Notes: a model not told the origin generated them from the sequence alone. A DNA stretch of 64,000 nt from Lama glama (GCA_028534125.1 CM052817.1:99388001-99452000), one strand, 5' to 3'. Positions 1 through 14,070 are shown, counted from the stretch's first letter. Numbers and translations are program-made.

Positions 1-1705
1 TATCCTTTCTAATGTGGATGCCTTTTATTCCTCTTTCTTGACTAACTGCTCTGGCCAGGACAGCCAGTGTTATGTTGTATAGAAGTGGTGAGAGTGGGCA
101 TTCTTGCCTTGTTCCTGATTTTGCAGAAAAAAAAAGATTTTAGTCTTTCACTGTTGCATATGATGTTAGGCTATGGGCTTTTCATACATGGCCTTGTAAT
201 TTTAAGGCAGTTCCTTTTTACATGTAATTTGTTGAGTGCTTTTATTATGAAAGGGTGTTGAATTTTATCAAATGCTTTCTCTGCATCTACTGAGATGATC
301 ATATAGTTTTTGTCCTCCACTCTGTTAATGTGATGTATCACATTGATTTATCTTCCTATCTTGAACCAGCCTTACATTCCAGAAATAAATCCCAGTTGTT
401 CATAGAGTATAATCCTTTTAATGTGCTCTTGAATTTGGTTTGCTACTACACTGTTGAGGATTTCTGTATTAATATTAATCAGGGGTATTTATCTATAGCT
501 TTCTTTTCTTGAAGCATCTTCATTTGGCTCTGTTTTCACAGCAATGCTGGCCTCATAAAATGAGTTTGGAAGTGTTCCCTCCTCTTTATTTTTTGAACGA
601 GTTGAGGAGGATTGGTGTTAACTCTTTAACGTTTGACAGAGTTCTCCAGTGAAGCCATCTAGTCTTGGGCTTTTCATTATTCAGAGGTTTTGATTACTGT
701 TACAATTTCCTTACTAGCTATAGTCTATCTAGATTTTTCTGTCTTCAGTAGTGGTGGCTTGTATGTTTCTAGGAATATCTACTTCTTCTAGGTTATGCAA
801 TTTGCTGGCATGTAACTGTTCACAGTAGTCTCTTACAATTCTTTTTATATTCATGGCATTCATTATATTCAAGAGTAATGCCTACTCTTATATTTCTACT
901 TTTAATTACTTAAGTCCTCTCTTTTTTTCTTAATTACCCTAAGAATTTGTCTGTTTCATTGTTCCTCTAAAAAAAAACTCAGTTTTGCTGATTTTTTCTT
1001 GTCTTTTTTTAATATCTAATTCACTTATTTCTGCTGTAACCTTTTATCACTTCCATTCCTCTGCTAACTGTGGATTTAGTTTACTCTTCTTTTTCTAGTT
1101 CCTTGAGGCGTAGACTTAATTTATTGATTTTTAGATCCTTCTTTTTTCTATAGTAGGCATTTATCACTATGAACTTTCCTCTTAGTACTGCTTTCTCTGA
1201 ATCCCGTAAGTTCTGGTATGTCGTTTTAGAGTTCATTTGTCTCAAGATATTTTCTAATTTCCCTTGTGAATTCTTCTTTGATCCAATAGTTTTTTAAGAA
1301 TATGTTGTTTAATTTCCATATAGTTGTGTATTTTCCAGTTTCCTTTTGTTACTGATTTCATTCCATTGTTGTGAGGGAAAAAATACCTGGTATGAGTTCA
1401 GTATTATTAAATTTGTTAAGACTTGTTATGTGGTAATATGTGGTCTATCCTAAAGAAGGTTCCATGTGAGCTTGAGAAGAATGTGTACTCTATTGTTGCT
1501 GGGTGAGATGTTCTTATACGTCTGTTAGGTGCAATGGATCTATATTGTTGTTTAAGATCTCTGCTTACTGATCTTCTGTCTGGTTGTTCTGTCCACTATT
1601 GAAAGTAGCATATTGAAGTATGCTACTATTATTGTGTTTCTGCATAATTTTTCCTTCAATTCTGTCAATATCTACTTAATATATCTGGGAGCTCTGATGT
1701 TAGGG

Positions 1706-1773
<68 letters not shown>

Positions 1774-1792
1774 TGTTTGTTTGTTTGTTTTT
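1706..1792. repeat. Compound microsatellite (GT)n(TA)n(GTTT)n
   Basis: Directly visible. Confidence 0.97.
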
Positions 1793-1877
1793 GGAAAATT
1801 ATGTTTTAATGGGTGGATTTTCTGAGAACTTCAAGCTCAGGAGACAGCCTCTCAGACAGCTTTAAGGGACTGCTCCA
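1793..1877 (-). mobile_element. Short ERV1-type LTR fragment with A-rich tail, inserted in an L1
   Basis: gagacagcctctcagacagctttaagggactgctcc resembles a laurasiatherian ERV1 LTR motif (recalled). Minus-strand ATTAAA at 1805-1810 precedes the (CAAA)n tail. Confidence 0.55.
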
Positions 1878-3379
1878 GGTGTATATTTTGTTTTATCTTC
1901 TTTGTGAACTGACACTTTTATCATTATATACTTTACTTCTTTTATCTCTTACAAACAGTTTTTGACTTAAATCCTATTGTTTTCTAACATAAGTACAGCT
2001 ACTTCTGCTCTCGTTTGGTTATCATTTGCACTATCTTTTTCCATCCTTTCACTTTAAGCCTATATATGTCCTCAGTGCATGTCTCCTAGGCAAAACAGAG
2101 TTGGTACTTGTTTTTTAATCCATTCATCCAATCTATTTCTTTTGCATTGGAAGTTTAATCCATTCACATTTAAAATAATTATTGAAAGAGTTACTATTGA
2201 AAGGGAAAGATTTACTATTGTCATTTTGTTCATTGTGACTTGTTAACTACTTTCCTTTGTATTTAATTGCTTTCATCCCTTTATATGCTATTTATATGTT
2301 TTGATCCCTTTCTCTTTATATTTCATTTAACTTCTGTAAGTATTTTCTCTGTGGTTATGCTGGAAATTATATAATTAGTTGCAACATTCTAAACTGGTAA
2401 CAACTTTAACCACAAACCAAAAACTTCGTTCTTTTATATCTCCACCACCCTACTTTACATTATTGATGTCAAAAATTTTATCTTTTATATTGTATACCCA
2501 TTAACATAGATTAAGAAAATTTTTTGCTTGTCTCCAAAATTAAGTGATTTATGTACCAACATTACAGTACTACAGAATTCTATATTTGTCTACATATTTA
2601 CATAGCTCTTTTAAATTATATTTCTAAGAAATCACAGGCAAGGGTTTTTTTTTTTAATTAACTGTAGCCACTTAAAAGTATAAGAAATGTCTTTTTGAAC
2701 AATTGTGAATTCTGATTCAGTATTTGTTTGAGTCCAGAAAATTAATTTGTGGCAGAGCAGAGACTGGAAACAAGTTCAATCAAAAATAATAATTTACTCT
2801 TTGTACAGTATGACAAAGTACAGTATGTCAACATTCTTAAGTACCAGTTTTGAAAAGAAATAGGTAAACATTTTATTTTCTATTATGTGTGGAATTTGGG
2901 AATAAATCATTCCTACTAACCACTCTAAACTAAACTAAATATAAACAAAGTTAAAACAAAGTATTTGACATTTTTCAGGAATTGCTGCTAATTTTATGGA
3001 AATAGTTTGCATGTATAAATACTATTTAATGTGATTAAAATAAAAACAATGCCCTTTCAAACGACTTAAAGCAATATGGTGCTTCACCAAACGTTAAGAA
3101 CATACAAAAGAAGCATTCAACCCTTCATTTCTTTTGAAATATGTATTTTTTAATCCTTAAAGTACTTAATTGCAAACTTTTAAAGATTTTTTCATATCTC
3201 AGGTATCTTAAACAAGTTTTAAGGAATTATCTAAAGCATGTATTATACTACACAATAGAATTAAAAGTAGTAAGTAAAGCAAGGAGTAATTCTTTGATCA
3301 TCAATTTCTCACTTTATATCATCTTTAAGTAGTTTTATCACTATCTAACCATACAAGTGAGGAAAAGAATAGCTATTAA

Positions 3380-4320
3380 TATGCTGTACACTTACAAATG
3401 CTTAAAGTAGTAAGTTTTATGTATATTTTACCACAAATATTTTTTAAAACCTCTTAAAACTTAGCAATAAAAGGGCAGCTCAGTTTTTAAAAGGGCAAAG
3501 GATCTGAATAAATATTCCCCTCAAAATATTATGTATAGCCTATAAACACACACAAAAAAACTACTCAACATTATCAGTCATGAAGGAAATGCAAATCAAA
3601 ACCAAACCACACTGACATACCATCTCATACCCAATAAAATGACTATAATAGAAAAATCAGATAATAACAGGTATTGGAGAAAATATGAAGAAATTGGAAT
3701 CCTGATAAAAAGCGATAGAAATGTAAAATTATGTGGCCTCTTTGGAAAACAATCTGGAAGTTTCTCAAATAGTTAAATATAGAGTTACCATATTACCAGC
3801 AATTCCACTGTAGGTATAAACCCAAGAGGGAAAAAAAAAATGTGTCCACATAAAAACCTGTATACAAGGCTTCTTAGCAGCATTATTCATAATAGCCAAA
3901 AGGTGGAAAACAGTCCAATGTCCATCAACTGATGAATGGATAAACAAAATGTGACATATCTACACAACAAAATATTATTTAGTAATAAAAAGGAACACAG
4001 GTGAACCCTGAAAACATTAAGCTAATCGAAAAAAAAGTCAGCCACAAAAGATCTCATATTGCATTCTTTCAGTTACATGAAGTGTCCAGGACAGACAAAT
4101 CCAAAGAGACAGAAAGTAAATTTGAGGACTGGGAAGGAGGAAAAATGGGGAATGACTACTGATGAGTGTAGTATTTTGGCACAGGGGGGCGATGAACACA
4201 GTGTAACATTGAGAGTGATATTTGTACAACTCTGAATACATTGAAAAGCACTGAATTATACATATTGAATGGGTGAATGGTAAGAGATATGAACTGTATC
4301 TCAATAAAGCTTCTATTTTT
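3380..4320 (+). mobile_element. Old L1M fragments (ORF2 3' end and 3'UTR)
   Basis: cagcattattcataatagccaaaaggtgg; tgtccatcaactgatgaatggataaac; terminal tctcaataaagc. Confidence 0.85.
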
Positions 4321-4329
4321 AAAAAATCT

Positions 4330-7300
4330 ATTCTGAGATCCATTAACAAAGCTCCAAAATAAAACAAACTTCAAGTAAAAAACTTAACTGAAAATAACCT
4401 ACTGAACAGCAGAACAAAGACCAATGCTCTTTTAAAAGAAAAAAGGCAACAAAATCCAGACGCTTAAATGGTAAAAATCATATTGCCCAATATCCAACCC
4501 AAAATTACTAAACAAACCAAGAAGTGTAAAACAATCAGGAGAATGTCAGTAAAGAAAAATAGACCCAGAAATAAAGATGATGAAGTTATAAGAAAAAGAC
4601 ATTAGAATAGTTATAACTATGGTCAAGTTTTTTTTAAGACAAACTTGTAAGAAGAAAAACCAGATAACAATGAAAAGAATCAAAACTTATCAACAAAAAA
4701 AAATACAAAAAATATGTGAAATGAATTCATCTTATGGAATTAACAGCAATCAAGCATTTGATAAGGAAAGATAGGTGAACAGAAAGATAATGCTATGAAA
4801 ACAATCCAAAATATAACTTTTTTATAAATCAGACAAGAAACAGTACCTCAATGATTTGTTTGCTTATATCTAGGTCTAAAGTAAATGTAATATGAATTCT
4901 AGAAGAAGATAAAAGACAGAAAATATATTTAAAGATGTAATGGCCAAAATTTGACCAAAACCAGAAACCCACAGAACCAAGAAGTTCAGGTAACCTGAAG
5001 CAGGCTAAGCACATATGTACATACATACACACACACACACCCCCACACACACACACCCATACCAACATATGCTATACTCAACTTCTAAGAATCAGTGATA
5101 AGAGTAAATCTTACAGCCAGCAAGAGAAAAAAATATATATTACATACAGATGAAGTTGTATAATAAAGACTACACACTTTTAGAACTGATGCAAGTCAGT
5201 TAAACAAAAGAATATCATTAGAAAGCTTCAAAAAGAAAACTGTCACCTTAAAATTTTATAATCAGTGAAACTATTTTTTTAAACTGAAAGACTAAAGGCT
5301 TTCTCAGACAAATAAAAGCTGGGAAGAGCCACTGACAATAAATCCCCATTATAAAAAATAACAAAGTAATTCAAATGGAAGGAAAATGCTATGAGATGGA
5401 AACATGAATTTATACAAAGAAGTGTCCTAGAAATGGTAATACATAGATACATAGGTAAATATAAAATACATGATCTTCCTTATTTCTAATTTCTTCGAAA
5501 TAAAAGCAAATGAATCAAAAATCATAAGAATGTATCAAAAGGACCATATTTGAAGAAGTAAAATCAACAAAAATACAAAACCAAAGGCAGGAGGGAGAAT
5601 TGCAGGATCATGCTGGAAGGGTCTTACATCTTACACTGTCATTTATTGGTAGACTATGGTAAGTTAAAAAGTTTTCAAAAAAAAAAAACTAATAAACCAA
5701 TGGTAGAAATAAGTGAAATACTAAATAAGAGACAACTAATCTAAATCAAAGCAGAGAAAGGGAGAAGTATCAAAAAACATGAAAGAAATAGAAAACAAAC
5801 AGAAAGATAGTAGATTTAAATCACACAATATCTACACTTACAATGGAATGTAAACATTTCAATGAAAGTCAGAGATTGACCCAAAAAAAAGCAAGATTCA
5901 TTTTACAAAATTTAATACCCTTCTAAAAAAAACTCTCAGGAAACTAGAAATAGAAAAGAAATTTCTCAACTTGAAAAGGAATCTATAAAATACGCAGGAA
6001 TGCTTTCCCCCTAAAATCAGGAGTAAGGCAAAAATGTCTACTCTTGCCACTTCTATTTTTACTATTTATCGTGGAGGTCCTATCTAATGTAATAAGGCAA
6101 AAAGACATGAAAAGTATACAGATTGGAAATGAAGAAGTAAAAGTTACAGTCTACATGAATATTCTGTAGAAAATACTAAAACAACAAAGAAAAAGACCCA
6201 GTAAAACTAATACGCAAGTTTAGCAAGGTCTTGTTAAAAAGTCAATAAAACTCAATTGTATTTCTATACACTAGAAACAAATGACTAGAAATTGACTGTT
6301 TAAAAATTACAGCTTAAGATATAATACAAAAAACATGAAATACTTTAAAATGCACTGAACAAAATGTGTGCATGACCTACACAGTGAAAACTAAAAACCA
6401 CTCCTGAGAGAAATTAAAGACAACCTATGTAAATAGAGACATATCATGTTCAGATTGGAAAATCCAGTATTAGTGAGATGTCAATTATCCTCTAATTGAC
6501 CTATATATTCAATACAGTACCAAATAAAACCCCAGTGGACTGTTTTGTATAAACTGACAAGCTAGTTCTAAAATATACCTAGAAATGCAAAGGGAAAATA
6601 GCGTAAAGGACGTGAATAAGAATATAGCTGATAGTTTTAGACTTCCTGTTCTCAAGACTTACTATGAAGCTACAATAAGACAGTAAAGTACTGGCATTAA
6701 AAAAAAACATGTTAAGTCACTGAAATCAAGGAAAGCCTCAAAGATGCCATGGTAAGACAGTGGAGAAAGAATAGTATTTAAAGAAACAAACTGTGCTGGA
6801 ACACCAGGGTATCTTTATGGAAGAAAGAGACAGAAATCAACCTTAACAGTTACCTCATACCATATACTAAAATTAACTGAAAATGGATCACAGGCCTATA
6901 TATAGATGCCAAAACTATAATACTCAAAAGAAAACGTAAGAAAATCTTTCCAATCTTGGAACAGGCAAAGATTTCTTAGATAAGACACAAAAATCATCTA
7001 AGAATAACAGGAAAAAATTGTTAAATTGCAATTAATGAAAATTAAATTTCTATGTTCTTCAAAGCCAAATTAAGAAAACAAAAAAGGAGGGTAGGGGGGT
7101 ACAGCTTAGTGGTAGAGCACATGCACAAGGTCCTGGGTTCAATTCTCAGTACCTCCATTAAAAATAATAATAATAATAATAAAATAAAATAAATAAATCC
7201 TATTACCTCCCCTCCAAAAAATTATTAAATAAATAAATAAAAGTTATTGTATAATAAAACACACTTAAACTGGACTTCAGAACACAATCAGTACCTTCTT

Positions 7301-8270
7301 ATTAAAAAAAAAAAAGAAAAAAGAAAACAAAAAGGCAAGACACAGACTGGGGGGGGGAAATATTTGTTAACTCATACATCTGATAAAAGACACATCCATA
7401 ATATATAAAGAAGCGTCAAAACTCAACAATAAAAACACAAACAAAAAAATGTGTAAAAGATTTGAACACACACTTCACAAAAAAAAGATAGACATGAAAA
7501 TAAGCCTTGAAAAGATACTCAGCCTCTCTAGGCATTATAAGGATACAAATTAAAACCACAGTGATATACTGTTACAGACCTACTCAAACATCTAATATTA
7601 AAAAGGCCAGCAATATCAGGTGTTAACAAAGATGTGGAGTAAGTAGGAAGCTCATACACTGCCTGTAGAAATGTAAAACTGTGCAACTACCTTGGAAAAG
7701 AGCTTGGCAATTTCAGTTGCCATACCACTTAGCAATTCTACTTTATAAATTTATGAAACTAAAACACATGTCTACACAAAGATTTGAACACCAATATTCA
7801 TAAGTAGCTTGTTCATAACAGCCAAACCTAGAAATAGCCCAATGTCCATCACCAGATGAATGGGTTAAAAAACTATTATTGATACAATCAATGGAAGATT
7901 ATTTAGCAACAAGAAGGAACTACTAATACAAAACAACATGGATGAATCTTAAAAACATGCTAAAGAGAAGCCAAACTCCAAGGAGCACACATTGGATTAT
8001 TCTGTTTGCATAAAACATTAACAAAAAGTCTTACTGATAGTAACAGGAAATAGATCAGTGGTTTGCTCTGATCATCAACAGGAACAGGGTAGGATTAGAG
8101 AAGCACAAGGAATTGACTGGGAGGGAGAAGAGAGGAAACTTTTGCAGTGGTAGAAATGCTCTATTTCTTGATTATTGCATAGTTACACTTTTGTCCAAAC
8201 TAATTAAAATATGTATACTTTATTGACTCCAACTGTATGTAAATTAACTCAATAAAGTTGATTTTGTTTT
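4330..8270 (+). mobile_element. Old fragmented L1M (ORF1 region, ORF2 pieces, 3'UTR)
   Basis: A-rich sequence with L1 motifs such as tgctttccccctaaaatcagga, acttactatgaagctacaat and terminal ctcaataaagttg. Confidence 0.85.
7088..7320 (+). mobile_element. tRNA-derived Vic-1-like SINE with extended tail
   Basis: A box cagcttagtgg, B box ggttcaattc. Flanking direct repeats aagaaaacaaaaa(a)gg at 7072-7087 and 7321-7335. Confidence 0.85.
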
Positions 8271-8336
8271 CAAAGGAACACAGCAGACATTAAATCACTC
8301 CCTGAAACCAAACTATACTAACAATGACTTAACCTA

Positions 8337-8914
8337 CAGGTTCCCAAACTTTCTTGATTCATGACACTTATAGCATCTCAGTAATTTTTTATGGTGCTCT
8401 AGACCAAAATAAATACTAAATATTTCTGTTTATGAAGTAGTTTGAACCAACTACTTATTATTATTTATATTTTAACAAATATATTTTATATTTTAACTTA
8501 ACATCCTAACAATTTACTAGCTAATTGAAAATTAACACACAAATTAAAAGGAAAAAAGTTTCCTTCATTAGTATATCAGCAAAATTATTTATTAATGGAA
8601 TGTGCATCTTGGGCACTACACAACTTCTCAAATTTTGGAATCAGATTTCAAACCTCCTCATTTCCTGTTCCACACTGATTCTCACATGGTACTTGTTTTT
8701 TATCACAGCAACTATTAAAAACTTAGCTGTGTAAAGATATGGTATGACCACAAGAAATGCAGCATAAAGTAAAGTTGAAACTTAAGCTAGTAGTTTGCAC
8801 AGTGCCCCACATGGCAAGTACACTGTGTTTCCCACAAAGTTTCAAGTACCCTTTGGGCACCTGTGACTTCCCTGTGGTGCCCCTGGTTACTCCAACACAC
8901 AGTTTAGTTACCCA
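8337..8914. mobile_element. hAT-Charlie-type DNA transposon relic (Charlie4-like)
   Basis: Left end cagg-ttcccaaactttcttg...ctcagtaattttt and degenerate inverted right end cacagtttagttaccca. Family assignment is from recall. Confidence 0.6.
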
Positions 8915-8997
8915 AAGTAAACTGCCCCATGCATCACCCCCCTGTTTATGTCAAGATCAACTAACACACGTTAAGCAGTGAACAGCAAGTAAAGTAC

Positions 8998-9144
8998 CTT
9001 GTATCCCAGGCCCAGCTGATAAATAGCAAAAATCTGAGCTGCATTAAGAGCTTCACTAAAAAGGTAAACTGCAGTCATCTGACCACAAAATACCCTATTA
9101 GCATCCGCTGTTTCTGATGAGCCCAGGAAACATTTGTCAAAGGT
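8998..9144 (-). CDS. LRBA: LRBA coding exon (exon 9 equivalent), 147 bp
   Basis: Encodes TFDKCFLGSSETADANRVFCGQMTAVYLFSEALNAAQIFAIYQLGLGYK. Acceptor ttcccag|ACC, donor AAG|gtactt. Confidence 0.97.
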
Positions 9145-10139
9145 CTGGGAAAGAAAACAGAAAATTTTTTTAGAGAAAAAAAACCAAAAAACCATCTCCT
9201 CCAGAAATGATGACAACCTATATTGTTATAAATATTCTGTCCATTCTAAAATATAATCCAAATACATTAAAACAATTCACTCAGCATTTCAGTTCATCCA
9301 TTCCCATTTGGTGTAGAGATCAGAAAAGACATCAGAGAAAAAGAGATAAGGCAAATTATCCAAAGTACAATAAACAAAACTTGAAGATAAAGTGGCTGTA
9401 GGAAACAGCATCAGAGGAATCACTATGGATTCTGAAGGTTCATACTTGGTCAACCAAAGAACCAGACAGAAGAGCAGGCTTTAGAGCAAGGAGAAAAACA
9501 CCAGTTAAGTTTGGGACATATAATAAATCTGTCTTTTCTGTGAACTAATACGGATGAAGAAGCAATTGCCAACAGGGTTCTATTAGTCTGGTGAGAAGCG
9601 AAAACTGTAAAGACAGATTTTCGCAGACATCAAGATACAAATAATGGGTAAAGTCATGGGGGCAGATGCACTCTCCCAAAAGGAATATGTAAATCTAAAA
9701 AACAGGTGTATGTTTTTCTTCTAACATTAAAAAAAACCCTCTTAATATGATTCCAGGTTGCATAGACCACATTTTAAAAACCCACGTGTACAACAAAAGC
9801 AAAAGAAGTAAAGCACTTCATAGCTCTTTAAAAGTATCCTTTTATACATGAAACCATTATGAAGAATGTTGAAAATACATATGTATTGACATTAAGGAAT
9901 ATAGAAAAATTTTTAAGACTTGGGTTTTGAAGACAAACCACCTAGATGAAACCACTGCTTCCCATGCTGCTGATGTTGGCAAAATGAAGATTACAACAGT
10001 ACTTACCTTGCAAGGTTGGGGCTTACAGAAAATAAAGGTATTACAATGCAAGAAGCACTCAATAAAGGTTATGTAAGGAAAAAACAGGTTGAAAAACAAT
10101 ACACATATCCGACTCCTTTTTTGCATTAAAAAAAAATAA

Positions 10140-10360
10140 GAGCTAACACTCACTGAGCACTTATGCTGTACAAGGCACTCTGCCGATGGCTTTGTGAACA
10201 TATCTCATTTAATCAACCTTCTGAGATAAGTACTATTTTACACTCAGTTTTAGATAGAGCAAACTCAGCCCTAATAGATTAAATAAGGTCATGTAGTCAA
10301 TAAGTAACAAAGCAGGGATCTAAACCTAAGTCTATCTGTTATAACAACCTGAGCTCCTAA
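10140..10360 (-). mobile_element. MIR
   Basis: MIR core-like segments ctgagcacttatgctgt, tctcatttaatc, ttttagatagagcaaactcag and aaggtcatgtag. Confidence 0.65.
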
Positions 10361-10924
10361 GGCTAGCATTTCAAAATATGTAAATATGTATAGCATAGGA
10401 TATGAAAGGAGGAGTTAATGGTGAACGGGTGGTGCAACTTTGTATTTATTTTCCTGATCTGTATTTTTCAAGTTTTCTATTAAAAATGTAATTGGGGGAA
10501 AAAAAGAACATTTGAATTTAATTCTAACCTATGGATCTCTTTTTGAATCCTGAAAATATTATAATAGTTACGTATAGCAGGTATGAATTATACCGAAAAT
10601 TTATAACCATGCATCATCTAGTGCATTCATAAAAATGATCCAAAAATTTAATTTGATCAATGGACTGATGACACGAATTCTTTCAGGATACACCTACTGT
10701 TATCAATGAATCCTTATCTCTACCCTATCCAGAATAATTTTATAACAAGGGCTGAGTAATATCTTATGTGACACATTAACACAGTTCCACTCTATTAATA
10801 TATATTAATATATTAAACATAGTAGCCAAACTATGATTATAATAATCCACCACTGTGGTATTCTAAAGTTTATACTCCATGTAAAATAAATTTTTCAAAA
10901 ATTTAACTTTTTCAGAGTACTTAC

Positions 10925-11044
10925 ATCACTGGTGTTGACAAACCATGTTATCTCTCCATAGGAAGCAAGCTCACCATTCACGTAACATCGTAGCTCACTG
11001 TTCTTCCATCGATTATAAATGTGCACTATAGTTACCATATACCA
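10925..11044 (-). CDS. LRBA: LRBA coding exon (exon 8 equivalent), 120 bp
   Basis: Encodes [40 protein letters not shown]. Acceptor tattcag|TGG, donor GAT|gtaagt. Confidence 0.97.
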
Positions 11045-11722
11045 CTGAATAAGCAAAACAGTTTTAATAAAAGATAATGATCTTTCCAATAACTCAATCA
11101 CATTGGTAATTAGTAAAAATTAAATGCTAAATTACAATTAAATCTAAAAAAAGACTACCTTTATTAAATTCAATATTCTACCTCCGGAACAATACTGATT
11201 TAAGGGAGCTTTCAACAGATAAGAGCTTACCCATTAAATTATTTTTCCCTTACCTATGAAATTACTATGAAAATTTTCAAATATACCCTTCAAAAGTGAA
11301 GAGTTTAGTACACTCTCTCCCACCACCTAGTTTCCACAACTGTCAACATTTTGTCATATTTGTTTTATCTGCCTATCTACATGTGTATGTATGCACATTT
11401 TGTTAATAAATCATTCTTTTATCTCTAAATTTAAAGGTACAAAAGAAAACACATAGTACTACTACCACTACTAAAATAACTGCCACTGACATTTTCCCCT
11501 TATATTGCCCTTAAACTCTACAAACAACTAAATATTCACTCTTTTAATTATTCAACTCAGAGCAGTTAACAATTGTCCAGCAATTTATACTTCATTTTCT
11601 AAAACAGTTTAAAATCAGAGTTGTGATTTACCACATATTATGATGTCAATAGCATTACAACAAAGCATTGTGAAGGTTAGAATACCTTGGTAACATAACT
11701 ATGACTCAGTAAGATCACATAC

Positions 11723-11849
11723 CTTTTGTGGCTTGAAATCAAATTTCACACAGTGTTGAAACCCTTTTCCTTTTGACTTTATTGATGTTATAATTAAACA
11801 GCCCCCAACAAAGTGAGCAGAATAACCAAGACCTTTGCTGGTTCTGAAA
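11723..11849 (-). CDS. LRBA: LRBA coding exon (exon 7 equivalent), 127 bp; absent from the ORF track
   Basis: Encodes [42 protein letters not shown]. Acceptor tttatag|TTT, donor AAG|gtatgt. An 88-bp intron separates it from the previous exon. Confidence 0.97.
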
Positions 11850-11937
11850 CTATAAAGAGTAAGTTTTTCATTTCATCTCGAAATACTCTTCTCATTTTCA
11901 AAGTAAAAGAACAATACTATGTTACAGAAATACATAC

Positions 11938-12059
11938 CAGTACAAATATGGTTTATCTTTATCCACATTGATGTTATTTACAGGATCCATTCTAAGCCAC
12001 GTATGAAATGTAAAACCATTCTGGTATGGCCATTTGGCTATAGGAGGTAATGCAATAGC
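11938..12059 (-). CDS. LRBA: LRBA coding exon (exon 6 equivalent), 122 bp
   Basis: Encodes [40 protein letters not shown](C). Acceptor ccttcag|GCT, donor CTG|gtatgt. Confidence 0.97.
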
Positions 12060-12599
12060 CTGAAGGAACAAACTCTGAGTTACTGACTCACACTGGAAAA
12101 CTGTTACCGAAATCATGAAAATGAGACCTTACAATGTTATATGTATTTCTACTACATATTATTCTATGTCATGATTAAAATATGCAGAAGTAGTCTCTTT
12201 ATCTGAAAGAAACTTTTAATAACTCCTAAATTTTCGAAACTGCATAGTAATGATGTTAATTTAGTTAAACAACAGAAACATTCCATGTGACCTGCTTGAC
12301 ACACTAATCTTATTTGCTTCATTTCTTACAGTGAATATATACAAAGAGATTCCAATTAAACGAGATAGGTAATTATATCAAATTGGAAATCCATTACTAA
12401 AATGTCAAGGTAACAGAACAGAGAAAGATGGACAAGAGGAAAGAAAAAAGTTAAGGAAAAAGCTTGAAATATAAATTTTTAACCAAATATATCAAGCTGA
12501 AGAAGATTCACTCATAACATTTTTTCATAACATTTTAAAATTTATATTCGTAAGTCACTATATAAATTACTTCACCACTTGGCTTAAAATTTTATTTAA

Positions 12600-14070
12600 C
12601 ATATCACAGTATGGAATGAAAGGGACACAAAATAGCCAAAACAATCTTGAAAAAGAACAAAGCTGGAGGACTCAAATTACCAAATTCAAAACCTATAACA
12701 CAAAGACACAGCAATGAAGATTGTGGGGTATTGGCATAAAGATACAGATAAAGACCAATAGAGTGGCATCAAGAGCCCAGAATAAATTCTAACGTTTGTG
12801 CCTTAATTTTCAACAACAGTGTCAAGACAGTTCAATGAGGAAAGAATAGTGTTTTCAACAAATGTGCTGAAAAAACTGATATCTACAATATGAAGCTGAT
12901 CACTTCTTTATATCATATACAAAAAACTAACCTCAAATCCATCATGGATCTAAATGTGAAAGCCAAAACTATAAAATTCTTATAAGGAAAAATAAGGGTA
13001 AATATGACACTGGGTTAGGCAAATCCTTCTTAATTATGCACAAGCAACAACAAAAAATAAATGAACTGGACTTCATTAAAATTAAAAACTTTTGTGCTTT
13101 AAAGGATATCATCAAGAAAATGAAAAACAAGACAAAAGAATGGGATAAAATATTTGCAAATTATTTATCTGATAAGGAACTTGTATCCAGAAGAATACAT
13201 AAAGAATTCTTACAATTCAATACTAAAAAGACAAATGCAATTTTTAAACGGACAAAAGACCTGAATGGATATGTCCCCAAAGAAGACGTGCAAATGGCCA
13301 AAAAGGACATGCCAAGATGCTCAACATAATCAGTCATTAAGGAAATGCAGCACAAAACAACAAGGTATAACTTCATACCCACTAGGAGGGCTATAATCAA
13401 ACAGACAGACATTAACAAATGTTGACAAGCATATAGAGAAACTGGAACCCTCATAAATTGCAGGTGAGACTGCAAAATAATACAGCCACTTTGGAAAACA
13501 CTCTGGAAGTCCCTCATGTGGTTAAACAATATGACTCAGCAATTCCACTCCTAGGTACATACACAAGAGAAATGAAAACATGTCCACATTAAAAACTAGT
13601 ACACAAAGGCCCAGAGAGCAGCCCCCAAAAGTGGAATTAATTCAAATTTCCACTAATTAATGAATAATTAAACAAAATATGGTATATTCTTATCTTAGAA
13701 TATTAGCCATGAAAAGGAATGAAGCACTGATACATGTCACAACATGAATGGACCCTGAAAACAGTATGGTAAGTGGAAAAAGCCAGTAACAAAAGTCCAG
13801 GTATTGTATGGCTCTATCTGTCTCCAGAGTAGACAAATCCACAGACACAGAAAGTAGAAGAGTGGTTACCTGGGCCTGAGAGTTTGGGGTGAAATGTGCA
13901 GTGACTGCTAATGATTGTGGGGTTTCTTTTGGGTGTGATGAAAACGTTCTAAAATTGATTGTAATAATGGTTGCACAGCTTGCTGAATACACTTAATCAT
14001 TCAATGTACACTTTAAATGAGTGAACTATATGATATGTGGATTATAACTCAATAAAGCTGTTTAAAAAAG
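12600..14070 (+). mobile_element. L1MB-like ORF2 3' half and 3'UTR
   Basis: ORF 13036-13329 is L1 ORF2-like (KINELDFIKIKNFC...WDKIFANYLSDKELVSR). The 3'UTR ends with ctcaataaagctg. Confidence 0.9.

Larger units (their letters stand above)
1..2590 (-). mobile_element. Degenerate L1 (ORF2 N-terminal half and upstream spacer), continuing past the window edge
   Basis: T-rich reverse complement of typical L1 ORF2 sequence, e.g. ctggcctcataaaatgagtttggaagtgttccctcc and ctccagtgaagccatct. Confidence 0.9.

Noticed and set aside
1..8997. Next LRBA exon (starting GTFKFKAESD) within the window
   Set aside because: Not found by reading. The region is almost entirely L1 and other repeats, so the exon should lie beyond the left edge.
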